Sequence record: NC_002371.2 | Source of the DNA: Salmonella phage P22 | Length of the DNA: 32,000 nucleotides | Direction: 5' to 3' (one strand) | In this document: in pieces, positions 18,266 through 28,189 of the stretch | Layout: each line of letters starts with the position of its first letter | Numbering within the stretch: position 1 is the first letter of the stretch | Position numbers and translations under genes: made by a program | The notes under the pieces: generated by a model | The model's database searches: none | The model's input: the letters and a program-made list of their open reading frames with translations, nothing else | What the model was told of the DNA's origin: nothing

Positions 18266-19723
18266 CTAATTAAACCTAACAACTATGGTTTCCCCTACAA
18301 CACCAATATCGTATACGTTATTACCAGATTTTTTCCACCCATTTTCAAGTTTAACCTCTTTGTCATATAGTCTGTAATTTCTGGAAAACACATTTCTTTG
18401 CATTAACACCTCTGACCACATCCAATCATTGTTAATAATGCGTGGTATTAACTCTCTCATTAAAGGATGCTTTATTACTATGTTTTCATTTATTGGTGCA
18501 TACGGTTCTGTGCCAATGAATTTTATATTTTTTTTGTCTCTTCCAAATCCAAGATAATCTATGTCTTGAGATATTCTATTTACAATGCTTTCCTCAAGCT
18601 GAAACTGTGCATTTATGGCATTGTAAGCACCATAAGAAAATATTGTTGATATTAAAAGAATAAAAGAAAAATATATTCTTGATATTAACTGTTTATCTTC
18701 AAAAGCATAGAATACGCATAGGCAACAAAAAAACATAAAGCCACCCATACCAATCAATACCCTCGGTGCGTATATTGGTGATTTTAGAAAAATCATTGGT
18801 CCAATGATGAAGAACATTGATGCTAATAAAATTAAAACTACTAGCAATAACTTTGTTTTCTTATTTTCATCTCTTTTGATTGCTTTTAAAACTATGACTA
18901 TCAAAGAAATGATTAGCGCAAAGAATAGCGAGTAGTAGATTAAGTAATTATCGCCATTCAAGATCGTGCTAAACATTCTATAAAATGATAAGACGTTAGA
19001 AATTATCCCTTCAAATAAACTTGAGTTTATCTCTATAATCTTACTATGTTCGATATTGTAAGAACCTGTTACAAGTCTTTTTGCAATAAAGTAAGAATAG
19101 GCAAAATATCCTACTATTAAACCAGCGACAGAAGATGCTGTATTTTTTGTGATATTTGAAATTGAGTTTTTCTTAACCACATCTGAAATTATAAAGGCCA
19201 ACAAGAATATTGCGTAAGTATTCAGCGCAGCCTGATAAAGACTAAGGAATGCAATGGTTAAAATGGATGATATTATGATATTTATAGGCTTGTATTGATA
19301 AGCGACATACGATGAGATAATAGATATTGCCACACTCATGCACATTGTTAATGAATCATATCTATATGATAGATTTTCAATAAAGAATGGGTTTGCCAAA
19401 ATCATCATAAAACAAAGAGATGCTGTGATGTAGTCATCTCCAAACAGCTTTTCCCTGATGCAGGATAGTGCCAATGCTAAAATAACTATCCCTAGCATTA
19501 AAGGTAGCGGAGAAGCATCTATAATTGGGGTTCCAAAATTAATGATATAGAAAATAAAGTCGGAAAGTGGGCGACCATTGCCTGACCAACCCAACCCGCC
19601 ATATAAAGACCTACCCAAGTCATCAACGAAAAATGATTGATGTGTCAATAAAGGAAATGTATATATAATCGCCAATCCAAGAAAGATTGATATAAATATC
19701 CTGTCATTACTATTAAATTTCAC
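18266..19723 (-). CDS. gtrC: Serotype-specific O-antigen glucosyltransferase, polytopic membrane protein (485 aa)
   Basis: AT-rich ORF with many TM segments, last gene of gtrABC order; resembles P22 GtrC. Confidence 0.9.
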
Positions 19724-20645
19724 TTTTAAAACCCTTACGCTTTAATATGTATTTAGGCCGCTGTTTGGTTTCTATGTAAATTCTACCAATATATTCTCCA
19801 AGAATACCTATTCCTATCAATTGAACGCCACCCAGGAAAAGAACAGAAACAAGAAGAGACGGGTAGCCAGGAACATTATTTCCAAATATTAATTTATCAA
19901 TAATCATCCATGCACCGTAAAGGAATGACATACCTGCAATAAACAATCCAATGTAAGTCCATATGCGGAGCGGAAATGTTGAGAAAGAAGTTATTCCCTC
20001 CAGCGCCAGGTTCCATAATTTCCAGCCGTTGAATTTCGAATCACCGGCCACGCGTTCGGCACGGGCATATTTAACAACATCCGTTTTTCCGCCAACCCAA
20101 CTGAGCACACCCTTCATAAACAAGTTGCGTTCTGGCATTTGTTTGATGTTCTCGACAACCGCACGGCTCATTAACCGAAAGTCGCCAACATTTTCTTCGA
20201 TTTTTGGATTGCTGATTTTATTGTGCAGCTTATAAAACCACTCAGCTGTCTTACGCTTCATGCGCCCGTCAGTTGAGCGGTCTGAGCGCTTAGCCAGCAC
20301 CATATCCGCGCCAGCCTGCCACTTCTCAATGAGATGAGGGATAACTTCTATCGGATCCTGTAAATCGACATCAATAGGAATGACCGCATCCCCGGTTGCA
20401 TGGTCGAGACCCGCGAAAAGAGCAGGTTCTTTACCGAAGTTTCGCGTAAACGAAAGCGGAATAACGAGCGGATCAGATGCAGCTATTTTGTTAATTATTG
20501 ATTCAGTCGCATCTTTACTACCATCATTAATAAAAACGATCTCAATTTCATATTCTTTTAGCTCATTAAACTCACGTACCGTTTTATAGAAAATCGGTAT
20601 CGTGTCTTCTTCGTTAAAAACTGGAACGACAAGAGAGATTTTCAT
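19713..20645 (-). CDS. gtrB: Bactoprenol glucosyl transferase (310 aa)
   Basis: GT-A fold family-2 glycosyltransferase [23 protein letters not shown]...[10 protein letters not shown] with two C-terminal TM helices; start at 20645 rather than 20690. Confidence 0.95.
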
Positions 20646-21004
20646 CTTATATCCCTGAAAACAATGAATCTGGAATAGATAAAGCCGCATACCAGGCTAA
20701 TTGCCGAGAAAGTGATAAGGGTAATCAATGGTGGCAAGGAACATTGGTCAGCCATCCAGCCAACAACAGCGCTCAGTGTTCCCATGAATCCCACATACAT
20801 CATGTAGCGAAGCGTGGTGGTGGTGGCATTAAAGGTGAAACGCGCATTGGCATAGAAGCTGAACGATACGGCGATAACAAAACCGGAAAAGTTCGCCAGC
20901 GCCTGATGCGTATGCATCCCATACACACAAAAAGCAAATACGCCCCAATGAATAAGCGTGTTAAGAACACCGATCGATGTGTACTTAGCGAATAACTTCA
21001 ACAT
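20642..21004 (-). CDS. gtrA: Bactoprenol-linked glucose translocase/flippase (120 aa)
   Basis: [29 protein letters not shown]..., GtrA family small membrane protein. Confidence 0.95.
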
Positions 21005-21058
21005 TATGAAAATCAGCGGATTCGGAAAGGTCTGAAGTGTAGCACTACAAATTGTTTT

Positions 21059-21139
21059 GATCGATACAAGCGATCAATAATGTATAATTTGATAGTTTTT
21101 ATCTATATAATGCATGTTAATTGATCGTTGTTACCGATC
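21059..21139 (-). promoter_or_regulatory. gtr operon control region with four GATC sites
   Basis: GATC at 21059, 21072, 21123 and 21136: two pairs with identical 13-bp spacing, as in Dam/OxyR phase-variable gtr promoters. Confidence 0.8.
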
Positions 21140-21292
21140 AATTTTTATTGCTGATTGCTAAGTGGTTTGGGACAAAAATGGGACATACAAATCTTTGCAT
21201 CGGTTTGCAAGGCTTTGCATGTCTTTCGAAGATGGGACGTGTGAGCGCAGGTATGACGTGGTATGTTGTTGACTTAAAAGGTAGTTCTTATA

Positions 21293-21338
21293 ATTCGTAA
21301 TGCGAAGGTCGTAGGTTCGACTCCTATTATCGGCACCA
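21293..21338. other. attP: attP core (46 bp, 3' end of thrW tRNA-like sequence)
   Basis: ATTCGTAATGCGAAGGTCGTAGGTTCGACTCCTATTATCGGCACCA beside int; contains T-loop GGTTCGACTCC and acceptor sequence. Confidence 0.92.
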
Positions 21339-21352
21339 GTTAAATCAAATAC

Positions 21353-22516
21353 TTACGTATTATTCGTGCCTTCCTTATTTTTACTGTGGGACATATTTGG
21401 GACAGAAGTACCAAAAATCGAGTCAATTTGTCGAGCATGTTCAGTCAGGTGATTTGGTGCCAGATGAGCATATCGGCGAACCATTTCGATAGACTCCCAG
21501 CCACCCATTTCCTGCAATACCGAAATCGGAACGCCAGCCTGAACTAACCAACTTGCCCACGTGTGCCTCAGGTCATGAAAACGGAAGTCTTCAATGCCCG
21601 CTCGTTTTAATGCTGCCCTCCATGCAGTATTAGCGTCATAGCGCATCTTCCTCACTACAGGTGATTTAGTTCCGTCTGGTTTGGTGCTGCTTTCCTTGTA
21701 GACGAACACCCATTTGTGATGATTGCCGATTTGCTTTTTCAGCACCCGGCAAGCGGTATCATTCAGCGCCACTCCAATGGCATGATTAGACTTGCTTTGT
21801 TCCGGGTGTATCCATGCCACCTTTCGTTGCATGTCTATCTGCTGCCACTCCAGATTGATAATGTTAGACCGCCTTAAGCCAGTAGAAAGCGCAAACTCTA
21901 CGACTGACTTTAGCGGTTCCTGGCATTCATCAATCAACCTTTTTGCCTCGTGAGGCTCAAGCCAGCGGATACGCTTATTTTTCGGCTGAGGAACTTTGAT
22001 GATCGGAGCCTTATCCAGCATCTTCCATTCGCGTTCAGCAGCCCGGAGGAGTGCCTTAATGAATGAAAGGTGAGTTGCTTTTGTAGCTACTGCTGCCGGC
22101 TTAGGCTTGAATACCGGAGGCTGCTTCCCATTCTTCCTGCAAGCTTCATCCATTAACTTCCAGTTTTCCTCATGCCGCCGATTAGTTATCTTCTGGATGG
22201 CGGAGTAAATCTTCGTCTCGGTAATATCCTTCAACTGCATTCCTGCAAAATGCTGGAGCCAGAATCCTATCCGACTCTTGTCATCATCCAGCGACTTCTT
22301 ATGCGCCTTCTCCTCTAACCACCTGACACAGGCCCCCTCAAAAGTCATGTCAGGCGTCTCTCCTAATTTACTTACCCTCCATGCTTCTGCCTTCAGCTTG
22401 TCATGAAGCTCTGTGGCCTGCCTTTTGTCCTTTGTCCCAAGAGACTGCTTAAATCTTTTGCCGTTCGGCAATGTGAAACTGGCGTACCAGGTTTCACCTC
22501 TGCGGAATAGTGACAT
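21353..22516 (-). CDS. int: Tyrosine-recombinase integrase (387 aa)
   Basis: Catalytic motifs [18 protein letters not shown] and [16 protein letters not shown]; adjacent to attP. Confidence 0.97.
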   Translation of the reverse strand: MSLFRRGETWYASFTLPNGKRFKQSLGTKDKRQATELHDKLKAEAWRVSKLGETPDMTFEGACVRWLEEKAHKKSLDDDKSRIGFWLQHFAGMQLKDITETKIYSAIQKITNRRHEENWKLMDEACRKNGKQPPVFKPKPAAVATKATHLSFIKALLRAAEREWKMLDKAPIIKVPQPKNKRIRWLEPHEAKRLIDECQEPLKSVVEFALSTGLRRSNIINLEWQQIDMQRKVAWIHPEQSKSNHAIGVALNDTACRVLKKQIGNHHKWVFVYKESSTKPDGTKSPVVRKMRYDANTAWRAALKRAGIEDFRFHDLRHTWASWLVQAGVPISVLQEMGGWESIEMVRRYAHLAPNHLTEHARQIDSIFGTSVPNMSHSKNKEGTNNT

Positions 22517-22743
22517 TTCAGTTCCTCTGTTATGTCATCACCCGCGCTCACCTGGACAGTATGCAGCGGAGATTGAAGTGCCGCAATGCAGGCTTGTCGT
22601 GTGGTGAGGTAAGGGGATTTCGGTTTGGTGGGGTCTTTACGTGTTGCCTGTAGTCGGCCTGTGCGAATCCAGTTGGTGGCGGTAGGTCTGGATATCTTGA
22701 GAAATGCACAGGCCTCATCAAGTGTGAGGCTGTGTGATTCCAT
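22393..22743 (-). CDS. xis: Excisionase (116 aa)
   Basis: [36 protein letters not shown] with N-terminal HTH, overlapping int start. Confidence 0.92.
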   Translation of the reverse strand: MESHSLTLDEACAFLKISRPTATNWIRTGRLQATRKDPTKPKSPYLTTRQACIAALQSPLHTVQVSAGDDITEELKCHYSAEVKPGTPVSHCRTAKDLSSLLGQRTKGRPQSFMTS

Positions 22744-22745
22744 GT

Positions 22746-23381
22746 TTACTCCGCTGTTTCTTCTTCGTCTTCTTTTGCGTTAGCGATGTCGTAGAATTGC
22801 CCGTAAGTTATTTTCTTGAATGCATCAGGGATAACAACTACGCCATGCCTTTCTTCTTTGTTATTTGGTATTGCAAAAATAAGACAATCATCGCGTTGCG
22901 GGTGCTTGCCGCCGTACGTTGATAACATAACGAAACCAAAGCCACGGCCCGATTGACCACCAATTCCTGTACGCATAATCCCGTAGTGGTTGGTTATGTA
23001 GTAATTCCATTCAGGCAAGGATTTTAGCTTGGCGTTAGCGTTATGCATGATTGCATCCAGCTCTTTGTTGTATGCGCGGCCTTCCTTTGTGTTTCCCTTT
23101 CCTCGCGCTATCACAACTCTCTTCCCGTCCAAAAAATCCTCGCGTTTGATTGTTATCTGGCATGGGAATTCATATCCTTTTTCCCAAACGAAGCTTTGTA
23201 GAAGTCCGCCTTCTCCACCCCAGCTACGGGCTGTAGTCCATGCGATTGCGCCAACCTTTTCAGCGGCTGTGGTTAGGATTGAATTTCGTTGATCGTTAAT
23301 GGTGTCGTATGACTGGATAAGCTCCTTAACATCCTCACCCTCTACCATGTAGTAGTCGTAATATTTGCTCTGGCCTGACAT
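22746..23381 (-). CDS. Uncharacterised phage protein (211 aa)
   Basis: Clean ORF MSGQSKYYDYYMVEGEDVKELIQSYDTINDQR... directly upstream of xis in the same orientation. Confidence 0.75.
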   Translation of the reverse strand: MSGQSKYYDYYMVEGEDVKELIQSYDTINDQRNSILTTAAEKVGAIAWTTARSWGGEGGLLQSFVWEKGYEFPCQITIKREDFLDGKRVVIARGKGNTKEGRAYNKELDAIMHNANAKLKSLPEWNYYITNHYGIMRTGIGGQSGRGFGFVMLSTYGGKHPQRDDCLIFAIPNNKEERHGVVVIPDAFKKITYGQFYDIANAKEDEEETAE

Positions 23382-23394
23382 TTATTGTCTCCAA

Positions 23395-23415
23395 TAAAAA
23401 ACCGCCATCAGGCGG
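23395..23415 (-). terminator. Rho-independent terminator in the leftward early operon
   Basis: On - strand: CCGCC-TGAT-GGCGG followed by TTTTTT. Confidence 0.8.
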
Positions 23416-23481
23416 CTTGGTGTTCTTTCAGTTCTTCAATTCGAATATTGGTTACATTGTTTTCATATATGAATAAATAAA

Positions 23482-23661
23482 TTAGCTTTTTTCGTTGCCT
23501 TTGCGTTCCTTATTAATTCTGACAAACTCGTTTTTACCACGCTCTCCAAATGCGTCTTTAGAGTCGTTGTATCCGCAATCGCAGCACACATAATCATCAG
23601 ACCATCCACGCATTGTTTTTTCTTTTGCAATATTTCCAGAACCGCATTTTGGACAAGACAT
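23482..23661 (-). CDS. Zinc-ribbon small protein (59 aa)
   Basis: MSCPKCGSGNIAKEKTMRGWSDDYVCCDCGYND...: CxxC...CxxC. Confidence 0.7.
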   Translation of the reverse strand: MSCPKCGSGNIAKEKTMRGWSDDYVCCDCGYNDSKDAFGERGKNEFVRINKERKGNEKS

Positions 23662-23757
23662 GTCACTACCTCCAAAGCATGAGTGAGATGACAACGTAAC
23701 ATTGATTGGAGATTAACAATAGATTGCTGATGTAAAAGATATGTATAAGCTTCGCTA

Positions 23758-24711
23758 TCAAAGGGGAGGATCTGGTAGCTGCATCCAGTGGCTTACACCG
23801 ATAATTTCCATACCCTCCCAATAGTCAAAGAACCCATCATCGTCGTATGTAGCAACGAACATCCCCTGACCCAGACATTTTCCGGTAAAAATTGCGATGG
23901 GTTTAGATTCATCATTATCTGGCATTCGCTCACTACAGCTTATCCAGCCACCCGGAATTACCGGAGAGTTGCCTGCCAGCGCTTCTTGCAGTCGTTCAAG
24001 CTTCACGTATTCCTGAACGCAAGTTCCCGAGTAGTTATTTATCCAGATGGTCGCCTTTTCTGGGTCAGGCGTATAAGTAACCACTTCTCCCGACTGCCAG
24101 CACAGGGCGTACAGGTCAGCGACTGCCTTAACCTGTGCGTATGGCAACTCGGCAGGGCATTCCTCCGGCACTACCGACTCTGGCTGCTCTTTGATATGCA
24201 GTCGTGGCTCGCCGTCTTTCGGTTCAGGCCACTGGCGTGTTTTGTTTATCTCCAGTTTTTCAATCATCGCCCTCGTAATGAATTCGTCGGAAATTCCCAT
24301 GCGCCGCTGGGCATCCCACAATAAAAACTGCATATCAGCCCATTCAAGCGGGTCTGATGGGTCGGCAGCGGCTTCCAGCGCTTCTTTCGAAAGATGTTTA
24401 AGCGGGCCGACTGGACCAACATCGCCGAACGTCTTATCTGACCACTCGGCGTGCTCACGGCGAATACGTTCGCGTTCTGGCACTGGCGGGGCGGCGTAGA
24501 GCGGTATATACACGGCAACATCATCAGCAGCATTTGGCTGCTGCTCTAATGTCACGCATGTACCGGAAAATTTATTCAGGTATCGCACAGTCTCAGCATC
24601 CAGCGATGCCAGCGCAATCCGTGCCAGCTCCATTTGTTCGCCACGGGTAAGCCCGTTTTCAAGCGGCGATTTAACGAACAATTCAATACGTTCTTTGGTA
24701 ATAGTGGTCAT
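23758..24711 (-). CDS. Mosaic early (ea-type) protein: central dATP/dGTP pyrophosphohydrolase-like segment and C-terminal DUF551-like segment
   Basis: 317 aa; segment REHAEWSDKTFGDVGPVGPLKHLSKEALEAAADPSDPLEWADMQFLLWDAQRR and C-terminal WISCSERMPDNDES...VSHWMQLPDPPL. Confidence 0.8.
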   Translation of the reverse strand: MTTITKERIELFVKSPLENGLTRGEQMELARIALASLDAETVRYLNKFSGTCVTLEQQPNAADDVAVYIPLYAAPPVPERERIRREHAEWSDKTFGDVGPVGPLKHLSKEALEAAADPSDPLEWADMQFLLWDAQRRMGISDEFITRAMIEKLEINKTRQWPEPKDGEPRLHIKEQPESVVPEECPAELPYAQVKAVADLYALCWQSGEVVTYTPDPEKATIWINNYSGTCVQEYVKLERLQEALAGNSPVIPGGWISCSERMPDNDESKPIAIFTGKCLGQGMFVATYDDDGFFDYWEGMEIIGVSHWMQLPDPPL

Positions 24712-24714
24712 GGG

Positions 24715-24909
24715 TTAGTCCTCAACGCTGATATCAACGGCCACTTTCATTCTCCCGGCAGAAACTTCAAAACCGGTGACATCCGCATTAAGCATGTATT
24801 CAGATATAACCAGCGCAAGAAGTTTTAACTTCGCGTCTGTATCGTTACCGTTCAATTCTTCAAGAAGCTCAATAACTGGCTTCATATGTTCACCAATCTT
24901 CATGCTCAT
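24715..24909 (-). CDS. Hypothetical early protein (up to 64 aa)
   Basis: Fits between flanking same-strand ORFs; overlaps the stop of the upstream ORF. Confidence 0.55.
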
Positions 24910-25499
24910 TCCCCCTTAACCTTGATGCCAGCGCGTGTGCTATATGCAGACATGCACTGCGTGAACCCGGATTGGTCATCTGTCTGCCCATAACTGAACC
25001 CTGCTTTCAGGCCGTCACGGAATGCGCCATCCTGCAACTTGTCGTCAGTTTCAAGCTTCGCCTCCAGTTCTTGAATACGCTGGCGTAACGCTGTAATTTC
25101 CACCTCAGCAGCGTCTGCGTAATGAACGTTTTCATGCTCAAGTGGTGGTAAATCCGGCGTAATGACACCAAAAAGTTTTGCCAGCGCCCGGTAATTCAGT
25201 TCGCTGTGATAACGACCTTTGCAGCGAACCAGTTTTTCAGCAGCAGCTACAATCGCGCTTTGTTCTGTCATGCGCTTTTTTGCTGCTTCCAGCTCAACTC
25301 GCAGCTTCCCAACCGTAAGCGCAATATCCTCGTCCTCCTGGTCGCGGAGTTTGATGTATTGCTGTTTTTTATCCAGCTCATCCAGCAGCGCCTCTGCGGC
25401 GATATAAATAACCTGGCGTGCACGGTCTGCTGGGTCGCTGTAATGGTCTTGCATGTACTGGAATTCTTCACGCAGCGCCTGTTTGTCGATGTTGCTCAT
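24906..25499 (-). CDS. Ea22-like early protein (197 aa)
   Basis: Start [42 protein letters not shown] at 25499; coiled-coil plus [20 protein letters not shown]. Track ORF start at 25691 is antisense-free read-through upstream of the real start. Confidence 0.75.
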
Positions 25500-25862
25500 T
25501 GGGCTGTCTCCGGTGGATAACAAATATCGTCGAAATATTTTTCTGCAACGCACATGTTGAAGTGATCGAGATTCATCTCCTCCACCTGGAGTTTTGCCCC
25601 AACAATACCCGTGCATCGATTGACGTAATCCCGATTTTCTGGGGATTCCGCTACCCACTCCATAAGGTCTTCGGTGACACGTTTTAAGCAACGTAAGGCG
25701 CAGTCCATATCAGTAAAATGCTGAGCATCTGTGATGCAGGAGACGACATAATACGTGGTGATTTTTGGCCCTTCAGCGCGTCGCTTAAGTTCTCTCTCTA
25801 TATCTCTTTTCAGATCAACCAGTTCATGGTCATTGAGTTTGTCGATGTTGCTCATTGGGCTG
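25481..25862. repeat. Two identical 26-bp direct repeats at the starts of adjacent early genes
   Basis: GTTTGTCGATGTTGCTCATTGGGCTG at 25481-25506 and 25837-25862. Confidence 0.93.
25496..25855 (-). CDS. Hypothetical early protein (119 aa)
   Basis: Start MSNIDKLNDHELVDLKRDIERELKRRAEG at 25855; ATGA overlap with the next gene. Confidence 0.7.
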   Translation of the reverse strand: MSNIDKLNDHELVDLKRDIERELKRRAEGPKITTYYVVSCITDAQHFTDMDCALRCLKRVTEDLMEWVAESPENRDYVNRCTGIVGAKLQVEEMNLDHFNMCVAEKYFDDICYPPETAQ

Positions 25863-25967
25863 GCCCTCGCATTTGTGATTTTCTGGATCATCGGCTTTGA
25901 AATAACCGCCGCAGATTTTGCAGGGTATCGTCGGCACTTCGTCGTAATTTGAGGTTCCCGTAATCAT
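25830..25967 (-). CDS. Short Cys/His-motif ORF (45 aa), not in supplied track
   Basis: [45 protein letters not shown]; ATGA overlap with the stop of the 25964-26461 ORF and runs into the next ORF start. Confidence 0.65.
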   Translation of the reverse strand: MITGTSNYDEVPTIPCKICGGYFKADDPENHKCEGQPNEQHRQTQ

Positions 25968-26461
25968 GACTGCACTCCTTTGCGAAGCTGGGCGGCGATA
26001 TCTTCGATAACGCCATCGGCGAATGAGCGATCAAAATCGCCTTCCGGTGCATCAGCCATAAATTCTGTGGAGGTCAGTATCATTCGTGCGATGTCCGCAG
26101 CGTTCTTTGCTGTGTCGTCGATAAATCCTGCATCCCATGCGGCCAGCATTCGGTTAGCAACAAAGTAAGCGCCTTCCTTGTGAGCCTGCGCCCGCATCTC
26201 CGCCAGAAAGGCGTCTGTCGCCGGGGTCTCAGTGAAATCGTCTACCCACGTATCGCCAACGTCCTCGCACTCGTGACGACAATAATCGTTGAATTCGACC
26301 TCTGATTTTTTCAGTGCCCCATTCTCCACCACCAGTGCCGCGCATTTCGCCTCCAGTTCCCGATAATCCGACGCCAGCACCAGATCCACACAGAACGATT
26401 CAGACTGTACCGGTGGGGATAAATCTGATGGGGATGCGGTGTAAATTTTTACCTGTTGCAT
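25964..26461 (-). CDS. Hypothetical early protein (165 aa)
   Basis: [51 protein letters not shown]..., ea-region type with conserved ELEAK segment. Confidence 0.75.
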
Positions 26462-26619
26462 TTATCTTTCCTCAGTATCGCATTCAAATATTTATTCTCG
26501 TTAATAGAAGGAAATGAATTGCGCTGCAATAATTCTTCGCGTGTAGGCATTGGTTTAATTTTGTGCCTAATAATAAGTTCGGCTGGTAGAATGTCGGGAT
26601 TGTATGCAAGTCCTCTCAT
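26449..26619 (-). CDS. Hypothetical early protein (56 aa)
   Basis: [34 protein letters not shown]...; AGGAG SD before ATG at 26619. Confidence 0.7.
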
Positions 26620-26629
26620 CGTAAACTCC

Positions 26630-26923
26630 TCAGTTATTGCTGATAGCTCCGTAACGCGAACGGTAATCACGAAGACGCGGGTCTATTTCAATGAATTTGG
26701 TGTAAGTGGCTTTGCGGAATGGCCGGATGGCTGTCTGGTAAATTCGCTCGCGTTCTTCTTTCTCTGCAAGCCATATACAGTGGCGAAATTCCTTTTCCTC
26801 TTTCGTTTCCTGCGGTAGTGACATTATCAGGTCGTAGTTTTTTCTGAATTTATCCAGCACCTCCGATACGGAATTGCCGGAACAGCGGCGCGGGTCATCC
26901 GCACCATACAAAGGCGCTGGCAT
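26630..26923 (-). CDS. abc2: Anti-RecBCD protein 2 (97 aa)
   Basis: [58 protein letters not shown]..., 97 aa as P22 Abc2; GGAG SD upstream. Confidence 0.88.
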
Positions 26924-26969
26924 AATTTACTCCAGGGTAGGTTATCCGAATAATGTGGTACGTATAGGG

Positions 26970-27254
26970 TTATTTCTTTCGTAAACGTGATAGCCTGCTT
27001 TTTACCGACTCTTCACTTCGCCCGAGAATTTTTGCTACATTTCTTTGTGTATAGCCTGATGAGATAAGCGTCTGCATTCTTTTGTCTTCGTCGTCGCTCC
27101 ATCTTGGCTTAATGAATGCCGTTTTTAATGACAGTTTTTTTGCTATGTAATAAAACTGATTTATGTTTAGGCCCAGATGTTCTGCTGCACGGCAAGCTAC
27201 CATGCGACCGCAAACTGACTCCATCTCCGCTGTAGTTATGTTTAATCTTCTCAT
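26970..27254 (-). CDS. abc1: Anti-RecBCD protein 1 (94 aa)
   Basis: 94-aa ORF directly after erf, as in P22 erf-abc1-abc2; contains HTH-like segment [26 protein letters not shown]. Confidence 0.8.
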
Positions 27255-27871
27255 TAAGCCACCTGTTTAAGCTCATTTATTCTGATATTCATTACCTGAA
27301 CGCATTTTGTCTGCTCATCATCGTGACCAGTCAATAATTGCCAGTCGTGCTGGTATCTCTCAATTAGCTTTTTCTTGTCCGTTTCTGTTGCTGCATATTC
27401 ACTGAATGCCTTAAGAACCTGTTCAGGAGCAGGGGAGGAAGGCGATGATTTAGTTTGCTTAGCAGGTGCTGCATTCTGCTGCTGTTTGTGCTCCTCAGTA
27501 TCAGCGTCTTTGGCGTCGTCGATACCAAACAAACCGTTAAGGCAATATTTGCGAGCGTAAGAGCTTGTAGCGCCCGTTACCTGAGCTGCATCCATTCCCT
27601 TCTTGTTTTCTTCTTCTCGCGCTATAGCGCTTGCTGAATGGCTATTTTCACCATCTGTAATGGTCGCTGTGGCCTTGACGTAATAACGGTCGCCAATCAG
27701 CACGATTTCATCACTGATAGACAGGAACAGACCTTTCAGTAGTGGCTTAACACCCTCAAGAATGTCCTCACAACTGCGGTATTTGTATTTACCAAACGAG
27801 TTGTACTGATTCTTTGGCGCATTCAGATGCTCCTGAATTTCAGCAAGTCTTGCGTAAAACTCTTTGCTCAT
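27254..27871 (-). CDS. erf: Erf single-strand annealing recombinase (205 aa)
   Basis: [45 protein letters not shown]..., ERF family. Confidence 0.95.
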
Positions 27872-28011
27872 GAGTAATACCCCGCAAATTCATCCCAACC
27901 AATAATCGGATTTTGCCGTTCTGCGGCTAAGTTGATTTGTTGCTCAACCTCTTCCTCAATTTCAGGAGAGATAAGCGCGATAAATTCTTCGTCACTAAAT
28001 TCATGCTGCAT
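27868..28011 (-). CDS. arf: Accessory recombination function (47 aa)
   Basis: [47 protein letters not shown], 47 aa immediately upstream of erf as in P22. Confidence 0.82.
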   Translation of the reverse strand: MQHEFSDEEFIALISPEIEEEVEQQINLAAERQNPIIGWDEFAGYYS

Positions 28012-28189
28012 GATTTCGATTCCAGTCTTCGTCCTGACAATCTTCCCAGCCCATTGCGATTGATGATGCCCATGCGTATGCGGCGCTGTTACCTTCCTTC
28101 GTATCCGGGAAGGATGCTTCGTAGAGCTTGTTAAACTCACGATTGCCTTGCTGCACAAGGATGGTTCCGTTAACAGGCACAATAGTCAT
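28001..28189 (-). CDS. Small early protein in the kil position (62 aa)
   Basis: MTIVPVNGTILVQQGNREFNKLYEASFPDTKEGNSAAYAWASS... between c3 and arf; identity as Kil inferred from position only. Confidence 0.6.
   Translation of the reverse strand: MTIVPVNGTILVQQGNREFNKLYEASFPDTKEGNSAAYAWASSIAMGWEDCQDEDWNRNHAA

Noticed and set aside
21293-21338. tRNA gene
   Set aside because: Only the 3' portion of a tRNA (T-arm and acceptor) is present; it is the attP core, not a complete tRNA gene.
23788-24324. 178-aa + strand ORF opposite the ea-type gene
   Set aside because: Antisense to a well-supported modular protein; no matching domain patterns.
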